The position numbers and the translations under genes were made by a program. A DNA stretch of 64,000 nucleotides from Paraspadella gotoi. Lineage: Eukaryota > Animalia > Chaetognatha. The notes beneath the pieces were generated by a model that searched no databases, had not been told where the DNA came from, and saw nothing but the letters and a program-made list of their open reading frames with translations. Positions 23,801-35,800 of the stretch are shown here, piece after piece (position 1 is the stretch's first letter; each line of letters opens with the position of its first letter). The DNA is taken from positions 25,307,783 through 25,371,782 of the forward strand of contig CM119267.1 of assembly GCA_051294375.1 (NCBI GenBank), given 5' to 3'.

Positions 23801-26800
23801 TCACGGCGTTACGGTTAAATCCTCAATAGACATGTTTCAACTCTGTGGTTGCAAGAGAAAGAGAGAGAGAGAGAAAGAGAGATAATGGTTGTCAACAAAG
23901 AACTAAGAAAATAAAGTAAAAGTTTTGAAAGCCAAAATGGTAAAAATGAAATTATGAAATTTTGAATAGTTTGAGTTGCCTCACTTTCTGATTGATTTTA
24001 AAAATGACGACAAAGGAGGATTCAAAAATTGTTTATTAGTTTAAAATGGCCAACAAGGGAGTAAAAGCATTTGATTTGTTTGTAAACAAGCACAAATAAA
24101 ACAAAATCTTGTTTAAAAATATGAACGGTCCTAAAACCAAAGTTGGAGGCAACTGCCGGACAGTGATATCAAGTTGATGCTGTTTGGATCAGGGATAAAT
24201 CCTTTGGGGACAATGCTTAATACTACTCAAATGTCCATTGAGCCCGCTGCACCAGTCAAGAGCCCTCTTCTCACCTGACAGTAAGGTGAGCAGTCATCCG
24301 TTATTGCTTCTTTTGCAACAGGAGTGACGGTCTCCCCTTCCTCTATCTAAAGTGTTCTTTTTGAGGGATGCCCGGTTCGTGGAGAGACGAACTAAGTTGC
24401 TTCAGTAGGGTTGACCTTATTTTGCTTCTCTTCTTACCCCCAATCCACTCTCCATTCTCTGTTCTTTGTTAAAAACCTTTATCTCTCTCTCCCTCTCTCT
24501 CTTTTTCTCTATCTGTTTTTTTAGGTTTGGCTGATGAAGACTCGCAACCATAGATTCGAAACATGTCTGGTGTTTGAAACAAAAAAATAGTTGTTTGTAA
24601 AAAATAAATTATAAAAACTTATTTCCTTAAATTTCAAACGCAGCAAAAAGAAAGCCAAAATCTAATTATTATTATTATTATTTTGAAAATTTCTTATTTT
24701 ATATCGATATTATTATTGATTTATTGTATTTTATGATACTGCTCCCCCAAACAATATGAGCAAACAATTTTTTTTATTTTTTATATTAAATAATGTTATC
24801 TCACGTCTAAATAACCTTGTTTGTTTACTAAAATTTTTAGTCGGATCTGCTTTCAGCAGATCCCGACTCTATTATTCACATTGTCGGTCCGCCCCCTCAA
24901 TATTGTCGGGCACTCGCTTATATCATGTCAGAACATCGAATTATGATAAATTATGCAAAAAAAAAACGATGTCCGTCCGTCCGTCCGTCCCACCTTAGCA
25001 AAAAACACCAATTACTCGGGATTGGATGGATGAATTGGAATGAAATTTTGTGTGTGGGTAGGGAAGTGTGTGATTGAGCTGTATATGAAGTTTCGATGGA
25101 ATGAATATAAATGGAAAAAACAAAAAAATATATTTCACTATTTAAACCCAATACTCATGAGTGGAGCGAGCGATTTGACCTTGAAATTTTTGTATCCTCT
25201 TGCGAGGTACGAAAAAGGTGTGTGATCCCCTAACATGGAAAATCAAGTTTCGATGGAATCGTTTGAGTGGAAATGAGTTTAAATGGAAAAAAACAAAAAC
25301 CTGTTCACTAATTGATTGTGCTTCTTTTTCCTTTATATTAAATGGAAATGCAAGATGTATTAATAAATTAAATAATTAATCAATTAATTAATCAATTAGT
25401 CAATCAATCAGTCAATCAGTCAATTGTTATCGACATTATTCTCATCGTCGTCATTGCTTTATATGGTTAGTGACGAAAAGACCTAAAAACAAACAATTGG
25501 ATCAAATTAATTAATTAATTGCCTAATTAATTAATTAACTTGAATTATTTAATTATTAATGAATTAATTACCGATAATGATCGGTGGCAAATCCGACATT
25601 GTTTGCTCAAACTTGTTACTAAATTTTTTTCCCGCGAGCTCTACTCTAATAAAGACAGCTTCTCAGTGATATGTCAATTTAAACCTAATTCCTATTATTT
25701 TTAATTATTATTTCCAATTTTTTAAATTATTATCATTACCATTAGTAGAATTAATATTATTATTATATTTCAATTATTTTTAATAATTATTTTTTAAAGA
25801 ACAAATATTAGAATGATGGAATTTAAGTTCGTCTTTTGATCAAGGAAAAAACTAAATTTTATAAAAATCATTGAGGATTAATAATGTATTTCAGTTCAAT
25901 TTGCTCTTTATCTAGCAAAAAGTTAGGAAAATTTAATTTTGAATTGATTGAGGATATGACTAAGCTTACCCAAAACTCATTGCCCATTGTTCGAAAAAAA
26001 GATAAAAAAATAAGAAAGAAGCTACTGGTGTTTTTTAACTAATATAGGTAAAAATCCTTATGTTATAGCGTATAAAACCTCTATAAAATTATTATCATTT
26101 TGTGTTATATTTTTTTTGCATCAATACTGTTTACTTTGACGCTCGATTGGGTTTATTAGCAAAAAAAAATGTTTTGCTTAGACAGACTTTAAAATGAATT
26201 TAAGTTAAGAAATAATGGAACCGGACCGAGTGGAACTTAGTATGGAGTTTTTTGAGGCTGGGGAACTCTAGTACTTATGTCACTTATTTTAGGTTCAAGT
26301 GAACGAACTCCTCTCAGGCTCCGACAAAAAACTCTGCGTTAAGGTAGAGATTCTCAAGTCGGACCGCGACTCTTACGAGTCGCTCGTCGACTGCGCTCCC
26401 GCAGAACGTCGTCCAACTTCCGAACGAGAATCTCCGGGCGTCCGCGTCCGCGCCTGCGTAGTGGAAAAACAGACGTGTGCGGCGAGCCGACGACGACTGT
26501 ATTATCAACCCGTGGGAGTGGTGGTACTGGCTGCTCATTGCCTCGCCGTCTTGATCATCCTCATCATCATCATCTTGATCATCTGTTGCTGTTGTTGTCG
26601 TAACAAAAGACGGAAGGAAAAAGAGGAGAAAAAGAAAAAGGTGAGTTTATATGGGTTCCCAGTACCTCGAAGTCTTTTAAGATAATGATTTCTGAACTTT
26701 AATAATTTCCTTCTCTTTTGATCTCAGTGATTAGTATGAAGTTTTCTTTATTTAAAAAAACGGTTTGCTATGGTTCTCATTCTTATTACCTATCAATCTA

Positions 26801-29800
26801 ATCTCATTAACTACCTAATTTTAGATGAAAGTATGAATGAATTTTTATGGTACCAACAACTTTTAAAGTTCAAATTCCTCCTATTAATTTTGTGGCTTTT
26901 ATTTACACAAAACTTTTCAGGCCACATTATCTGATACAATTTTTTTTCCTTTTATACCGTTTCCCTTATTCTTTTTCTTCATCTCTTCTGTTCTTCTTCA
27001 TCTCTTCTGTTCTTCTGTTTCTATTTTTATCGTCGCAATCGCTTTTGCACATAAGTGGCGTAATCGTCGTCGTCGTTGTCGGCGTTCCAAATTATAGATC
27101 GCCTCTTTTATGATTAAATTTGGGTGTATGAAGCTGAAAATTTATATACAGCTTCTCATCATCCATGTGCTTAAAATTGAGTCAGGTCAGTTATTATATG
27201 TTTTGTTTACGTTTTATCAAACGTTACGTTTTATCAAACGTTTTATCAAAACGTTTTATCAAAACAAACACATTTTCTCTTTTATTTTCATATTTTTTTT
27301 CTCTCTCTCTTTTCTCTTTTAATTACATGTCTTTCTCCCTCTCTCTTTTCCTTAGTCACTGATTCATAATCATAGGGAAAAAAACGAGTCTGCAGCTGGC
27401 TCTGCAGGGGCTTATTCTTTTTCTCTCTTTTCTCCTGCTGCTTCTGCTGCTGCCTTTTGAGTCTGCATCTGGCTTTGCAGGGGCTTTATTTTATCGTCGC
27501 AATCGTTAAGCGTTTGCGACGATATTGTAACACTTTTGCGCATAAGTGGCGTCGGCGTCGTCGTTGTCATCGTCGGCGTTCCAAATTAGAGATCGCCTTT
27601 TTTATGATTAAATTTGGGTTTATGAAGCTGAAAATTTATATACAGCTTCTCATCATCGATGTGTTTAAAATTGAGTCTGGACAGTTATTAAATATGTTTT
27701 GTTTACGTTTTATCAAAACAAACAAATCTTTTCTCTTTTATTTTATATTTCTTTCTCTCTCTCTCTTTTTTCTTTTAATTACATGTTTCTCTCCCTCTCT
27801 CTTTTCCCTATTCACTGATTCATAATCATAGGGAGAAAAAATGAGTCTGCAGCTGGCTCTGCAGGGGCTCTCTCTTTTTCTCTCTTTTCTCCTGCTGCTT
27901 CTGCTGCTGCCATTTGATTTCTTTCTTTTCTCTCTCTCTCTCTCTGTTTTTATTTAAAAAAAAATTTTGATTGGGATTGAACTTGGCATTAGGAATTAGC
28001 CATCGCATTCGTGCATGTTATCATTTTGCTATAGTAACATCGGGTTTTTTATTTCACTTTAGTCTTTACTTCACTTCGTCAGTCTGATTCAAGTTTCACT
28101 TTGTCTTTTGTCTGGGAATGCTGACAGTGTTTAAAGAGGTCGCATTCGATGAAACTGCTCGCTTATGCGTGCTTGAAGTAAAACAAAAGTGCCTTCAATA
28201 ATGTTACTCCAGTCTTAGCACTTGCTAAAAATTAAACTCGAAAATAAATTATTTTACTGTTTATATTTATTCTTTTGACATTGAAAAAGTTTTTTAGTTT
28301 TTTTTTTTCAGAAACTGTAACTGTAAATTGACAATCGCAAAATAGAATTTTTCTTTCTGTTTATAAATTAATTTTCTTTTTTTCCCCTTTCTATTCTTTC
28401 TTTCCTTTCCATTCTTTCTTTCCTTTCTTTCCTTTCTTTCCTTTCTATTTTTTCTTTCCTTTGTATTCTTTTTTTCCTTTCTTTCCTTTGTATTCTTTCT
28501 TTCCTTTCTATTCTTTCTTTCCTTTCTATTCTTTCTTTCCTTTCTATTCTTTTTTTTTCTATTTTTTCTTTCCTTTCTTTCCTTTCTATTCTTTATTTAT
28601 TCTTTTCTTCTTTTTCTTTCTGTTTATAAATTAATTTTTTTTTTTCAAATTTTTTTTTATTATCAAAATTTGGCGTCAATCCATATTTTTTTTATGCAAT
28701 TGCGACGATCCTTATTCTTTTAAGATTTTTTTTCTCTCTTTTCTCCTGCTGCTTCTGCTGCTGCCTTTTGATTTCTTTCTTTTTTTCTCTATCTCTGCGT
28801 TTTTATGAAGGTCCGGGATCACTCAATTCAAATTATAATTAGAATAAAACTGAGCTCGGATTTCGAAAGGAGAGCTCCTGACGATTCCGAAATGTATTCA
28901 CTTACTATTTTTTCGTCGTTTTTTCGATTTTTTTTTATACTATATAAAATAAAAGAAACCTATTGAAAGAGTTGCAGCCCAAACGGTAAGGCGGTTTCTC
29001 ATGAAATTTGGCATGAATTACCTTTAGGTAACAACTCCAATTCTATATGAAAGATATTTTCAAAATTTATATTTTTTCTTCAAAGAAGAGCCCAACGGTT
29101 TTGAGCTGCAACTCTTCGTTTTTAACTTCACTTCGTCAAAGAAATTAAATTCTGTACTCATTACTTTTGCAAGATTCACCACAACATACACAAGCACGGG
29201 ATGTGATGATGGAGTTTGTTTAATGCCAAAGTCTTAAAAAATGGCTTACTGTTTTTAATTTTTTTAATTCAGATTTGATTTTTTTTTTCAGAGATTCCCT
29301 TGAAAATAGGGCAACTATATTATGATATAAATATTTACATAAAGTAAAAAGTCAAATTTAAATAAATTCGATAAGTTTTTTAACTCAAACTCATAAAAGC
29401 ATAAAAATCCGTCTGGAAAATGTGTAGAGTAGTTTATTTTAGACTTATTAGTGATAAAACTCCAAGTATGTACTTTTACCAAAAGAAGAATTAATTATAA
29501 GAAGTAGAAATTGAGCTTACTGTAAAGAATCAGTTTTAAGTTTAAAATTTGGTTGTTGAAATTTAGCTTAGTTAAAAAATTATTTTTCTAGTTTTACTGA
29601 AAAAAAAATTTTGTTTAAATTTTTATAAACATTTTGGGTAGATTTTTAAAAGTTTTCGATTATTTTTTAATAGAAAACCTCTTACAAGATGTGAGAAAAT
29701 GATTAAGATACAGTAAATTAAGATGTCTACAATTTTAGGTTGAGTGATCCCTGGCCTTAAAAAAAAAGAATTAGGATTGAACTCGTAAAATTAGGCATCG

Positions 29801-32800
29801 CATTCGTTATCATTTTGCTATCGCAACATTGGGATTTTATTTCGTTTTTTTTTCTCAGGGGCTGAGTCTGCTGATCAGTTTATTTTTTGACAATGAAAAA
29901 GTTTTTTTCAGAAACTAACTTTAATCTTCCTTGGTACTTTATTATTTTTTTATTTGACAATCGCAAAATAGAATTTTTCTTTCTGTTTATAAATTAATTT
30001 TCTTTTCTCAAATTTTCTTTTTTTTAGTATTAAAATTTGTCGTGTGGATAAGGCGCTAAGTGGGCAGAAAATGACTATCCGTAACTTAGGAGTCTACGTC
30101 GTTCTTAGAGATCGAGGAAGAATGGAAAGAAAAAGAGGGGGGAAAATAGGGGAAAAGAAAGAGAAGGAGAGAAGGCGAGAAAAAAGGATAAAGAAAGTCA
30201 AATAGTGGCAGAGAAAGGTAGGGTCGTAGAAAAGGTAAGTTACGGCGTGAAAAGTAGGGGAGGAAAGGGGAAGATAAAAATCTTAAAAGCATAAGGATCG
30301 TCGCAATCGCAAAAGAAAAATCTAGATTGACGACTGTAGTTGGGCATTGCCGAGGTTCACCCCGCCTATAAGCACGACTCTTTCAGTTGTGACCTGGTGG
30401 CTCATTGAGTAAAGCATCAGCTCATGACCACTAGGTACCGGGTTCAATCCCAACCTGGTACCTACCCTGCGGGAAGAGTGAGGACGGCCAAAAGCCGCCT
30501 TGGGGGCGTGGCAAACCCTCAAGCCTGGTTCCAAGCCCAGGACCCGTTCCATGTCTGCAAGAGGGGTTTTAGGAGTTACGTAGGACTAAGCTCTGACGAA
30601 AAAAGCCAGAGGTTTTTTTATTATATTCTTTTACCGGTCAATGTAGAATAATGGCAATATTGCTATTGTTAAGTTTCAAAAAAATCCGATCCTAAATATA
30701 GAAAATATTAACCAAAACCTTCGGAAAATCCACCCCTTCTTTGAAAGATTTCGCCATATAAGATTTTCCTGAATCTGACTCCCGTGTTGAAAACTCTCAA
30801 GAATTCCGATCGTTATCTCCTCTTTTACTTTTACTTTAAATAAAAATTTCACCAAAATGGACTAATTCACTTTACCATGATCAGTATCATATCAAAATAA
30901 CCTAATAAAAATATAAAGAAAATTTTGAGAGCCCTTGGACACTTTGCCAAAGGATTCCAAGTTTGGACCTCATTTGTTGAACAGTATATAATTGTTTCAG
31001 CTTCATAAAGCCCAAATTTAATCATAAAAAAGGCGATCTCTAAATTTGGGAACGCCGGACGATGACACACGACGACGCCGACCGCCCACTTATTGCGCAA
31101 AAGTGTTACAATATCGTCGCAAACGCTTAACGATTGTCGACGAATAAAATAAAGCCCCTGCAAAGCCAATGCAGACTCAAAAGGCAGCAGCAGAAAGCAG
31201 GAGAAAAGAGAGAAAAAGAATAAGCCCCTGCAGACCCAGTTGCAGACTCGTTTTTTTCCCTATGATTATGAATCAGTGACTAAGGAAAAGAGAGAGGAGA
31301 AAGACATGTAATTAAAAGAGAAAAGAGAGAGAGAAAAAAATATGAAAATAAAGAGAAAATGTTTTGTTTTGATAAAACATAACGTTGATAAACGTAAACA
31401 AAACATATAATAACTGACCTGACTCAATTTTAAGCACATGGATGATGAGAAGCTGTATATAAATTTTTCAGCTTCATACACCCAAATTTAATCATAAAAG
31501 AGGCGATCATAATTTTGAACGCCGACAACGACGACGACGATTACGCCACTTATGTGCAAAAGCGATGCGACGATAAAAATGAAACAGAAGAACAGAAGAG
31601 ATGAAGAAAACAGAAGAGATGAAGAAAAGGAATAAGGAAACGGTATAAAAGGAAAAAAAATTGTATCAGATAATGTGGCCTGAAAAGTTTTTGTGTAAAT
31701 AAAAGCCACAAAGTTAATAGGAGGAATTTGAACTTTAAAAGTTGTTGGTACCATAAAAAATTCATCATACTTTCATCTAAAATTAGGTAGTTAATGAGAT
31801 TAGATTGATAGGTAATAAGAATGAGAACCATAGNNNNNNNNNNNNNNNNNNNNNNNNNTACAGATTTGAATTCCTCGTCAAAAAGTTGATAAAGAAAATA
31901 TAAATCATTTTAAAAATTCTTTCATTAAGTGGGATAAAATTTAAAAACTATATTTAATATAAAAAAATTATTTTTCAGCTTAAAATATAATTTTTTAAAT
32001 TTTTGACCTACTTAATAAAGGAATTTTTTAAAAGAGTTTATTTTCTTATATCAACTTTTTATGACGAATCCAAATCTGCAAAAAAATCTTAAAAAAATTG
32101 TTTTGAAATTTTAACATTTATTGGTTTAGTACTAGTATAAATATGGCCTACTGCGTAAATAGTAAAATTTATTATAATTTTTTTATTACATAAATGTTCA
32201 ATGAGTATAATGTTTGGTCGTTCCTCACTTTTAGAATTTTATAAAGTTAAATTTAGAAAATTTTACTACGCCTTAAGGTTAATATGCTCTCTCGCTCTGT
32301 TTGAGTAATTTACCTTAAACCTTGAAGAGACAGTACTATAGTTATGTGTTAGTGACAGAACCGTTTCAATATAAGCAGTCCCTGTGCTTCGATCAGGCTG
32401 TAACACATGCTACAGGTGGGTTAAGCGCCCCGGTCCTCTTAATGCGGGCGACCACCGGCAAGAACCCGGACCTTTGGGTTGGAGGTGAATGACTTGCTCC
32501 GGCGCCAATGCCATGATGAACGGTTGGTGGATTTTAGTCCCAATAACCTATTATATATATTATATAACGAACGAATCTAACTTATTTTTGGTTAAGTGGC
32601 CTCTTTTTTTTTTTTTTGCACAAGACTGAACTAATCGTCGGAAATTTTACTTTCTATTTTCCGTCAAATATGCTTCAAATATGTCTAGGACGAATTCTTA
32701 CCTGATCGTCGCCCCGAAGAGGCAAAGACGGAAGAGTCCGTGGGATGCACTCGACGGAGGTGATGGCGGAGGCAGTGATGTTTGAACGAGGCGATGGGCG

Positions 32801-35800
32801 CGGAATGGTAGACATAAAGAGTGAAGCGAGAAAGGAAAAATACTCTCTCTCTCTCTCTCTGTTTCTGAAAATCAGAAGCCGCTATTCCCTTTGTTCGAGA
32901 GAGCGCCAACTCTCTCCGATCTAGCGAGTCTCTTTCCCTCCGCCTGAAAATTTGAAATTTTCTATCTCGAACGAAACTTATCCTTCTCAGATAATATATA
33001 ATTTTTTGATAATATTAACCACATTGATAATCAAATCCCTTTTAAGTCTGCTTAAGAGAGTTCTTAATCCTCTAACTGAACCATCCCCCCCTTTTCTCCC
33101 CAAACCCCGACCTGCAGTTCTCAGATCCAGACTTTGGAGAGAGCGTCGTCGCCGCGCTGACGATGAAGGTTTCCGTCCGATTCCAACTGATCACATTCAC
33201 GTCGCGTCGGTGAGCCCTTTTCACCGTCAACATGTTGGCGACCGTGGTTGGCCGAGTGTCCAGATCTGAGGTAACAATTATCATTATCAAAATATTATAT
33301 TACAATAATAATACTAACATATTAGTAATTTAATTATAATATATAATACTAATTGATATTATTAATTATTTATTCTTATCATTAACCTACTTAACAATTA
33401 AACATAAGTTAGACGGTTTTGTATTATGATTAGGCATTAATTTGCTGTTTCATGGAGAATTTTAAATATATATAAATGGATTAAGAACGGTTTGTAATCG
33501 AGGTGCAGCAGATAATTTGTGGTTCATTCAAATGAGATTGAGTTTTTCATCTCATTTACATTATGTAGCAGTCTAGATCATTTCTCATATCTTTGATACA
33601 GTTTCCTAGTAGTCTTATTTTACGGTTTTAACAATACTTTTAATAGGTTTAATAATATAATAATATATATATAATATGCCCCCCGGTTAGAAAGGCAGGT
33701 AATGATCAGACAACAATTGAACAAAAGATTCTTCAGTCTTCACGCTGATGGTCTTATCGACGCTGGCTGATGCAAAGACTGTTCGGTCGTTGGAGACCAC
33801 TGGAGATCTCGACTGAGTCTTTGTGGCCGACGAAGGGCCGCTGGTCAACAGCCAGGCGTCTGTCGATCGGGTCTTGGGGTCCATGCGTGATTCCTCCTGA
33901 TCGTAAAAGAAAGACTTGTGGCGTATATTCACAACCGCTCACGTCCACCATCCTTCAGCTAAATCCATTGGTCAGAGGGGAACACACCATCCAGGCCGTT
34001 GGCAAAAGCGAGACCGTCCTAGGGTAACCGCGCCAGTGACTGGAGGCGTCGCTGAGGGTCGTAAGCCCCAACGCCAACAGTGAGATGCCCATCCCTAATG
34101 GGCATCACAGGCAACCCGGCTGTTGCCATAGTGGTGAGCCCTACTATCGAACACGCAACCTCTCAGGGTACGCTACGACAAACGCCTATGCCCTGGGTAT
34201 GCTACGACAAACGCCTATGCCCCCACAACTCGCGCTCTCTCTCTCTCCACTATGGTAACAGTCTTGTCAGACACCCTCTCAGGCTGGAGTAACCTGATGA
34301 TGTCTGGTCCGGGGATCCTGTGGCGGTATATTCACACGCCTCATCGTCCACCATCCTTCAGCCAAATACATTGCTCGAGGGGGAACACACCATCCCAGGC
34401 GTAGTGTTCCCATCCACAGTCCTAACGACTTCCTCTGCGTTGGCAAAGCGAGACCGTCCTAGGTAACCGCGCCAGTGACTGGAGGCGTCACTGAGGGTCG
34501 AAGCCCCAAAGCCACAGTGAGATGGCCAATGGGCATCACAGGCAACCGGCTGTTGCCATAGACTTTCTATTCATTTTCATCATTTTTCAATTGGCTTGGC
34601 AAGAAAGGCCTGCGCAAAAAGACAATCATTCCACTTCCCTTTGTCTTTGACTCACCCTTGCAATCTCGGTGATCAGCTTTCCCTCGACGTTCCCGACCAA
34701 TCCAGAGCGGAAGCCCTCGGCGAGGTGGCCTTGAAGCTCGCGCAAGGTTTGATGCGGGCGTCGAGGCGTTGGGCGGCGTAGTCTTTAGCCCCTTCGTCCG
34801 ACGACAATGCATCCCAATCTTCGTCGAGTCGTACACGAAGACTCGTCCAGAGTCGCACCACGACGGCCGCGAAACGCTTGGCGCCATCGGACACCGCGAT
34901 CCTGTTGCAGGCGCGTGGTTTGAATAAGAGGGAAGAAAATGAGAAAAATGAGAAAAGAAAAAAAGAGAAAAGAAGAAAATGAGAAAGAAAGAAAATAGAG
35001 AAAAGAAGATAGAAGAAAATGAGAAAAGAAAAAAATGAGAAAAGAAGAAAAGAAGAAAAGAAGATAAGTTGTAGAGAGTGGTGAAGAGAAAAATTAAATC
35101 TAGAAATAAAGAAAGAGAAAAGGTTCAGTTTTCCATTCACCTAGTTGGTTAATCATCGCCGCTTTCATGACCGGCTCTCTTCCTCGTCCTCGTCATCGCT
35201 GCTTTCATCTTCGCTGCTCTCCTCGTCCTCTTCCTCCTCTTCTTCTTTCGCTTTCCTTAAAAGTTTTTACCAAGTTTGTCTCTTGACCACACCACCTTAT
35301 CCTCTTTCTCTTCTTGCCGCGCCGCCGCCGCCGCCGCCGCCGCGCCCTGAGTCCCGCAAACGACGAAACAAGAGGCGGGAATCCCCGCGGGCTTCGCCCA
35401 AGTCGTCAGGGAGGACGTCCGAGACTGAATAGAAACAATGAGAAAAGATTTGTAACGTTTAGCAGTTAACACAAGGAAATACTACTCTTTAATACAGAGT
35501 GCACTAAATTTAAGAATAATCGACTGGAAAACCTAAGGCAGGGGAGCGTTCAACTCAGCCCTGTGAAGCATGACGTAGGCGGAAGGGTCATGTTCCAGGG
35601 CTTCCCAGACCTCAATTTGCGAACCGGGAAGGTAGACTCGCCGGTTGGTCGGGGGAACGCTCTCTCCTGTTTCGTCGTCGGCCGACATGTCGTCGTCGTC
35701 ATCATCGTTTTCTTCGTCATCGTCGCTCATGTCTTCAAAATCGTCGTCATCATCGTCCATTTGATGCGAGTCTGAATCCTCGATCGACGCTTCCTTCGAT

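Larger units (their letters stand above)
26768..31833. repeat. Inverted duplication 26768-~27640 vs ~30990-31833 (abuts N gap)
   Basis: The reverse complement of 31833 downward reads ctatggttctcattcttattacc..., identical to 26768 onward except for 1-bp indels. Confidence 0.85.

Noticed and set aside
24310-24405. HDV-like ribozyme (GG-hairpin-CTAA-gttgc)
   Set aside because: P1, P3 and L3 could not be assigned consistently.
30391-30461. Functional tRNA genes here and at 46556-46627
   Set aside because: Anticodon and D stems do not pair properly and the units are embedded in repeats; treated as tRNA-derived promoters.
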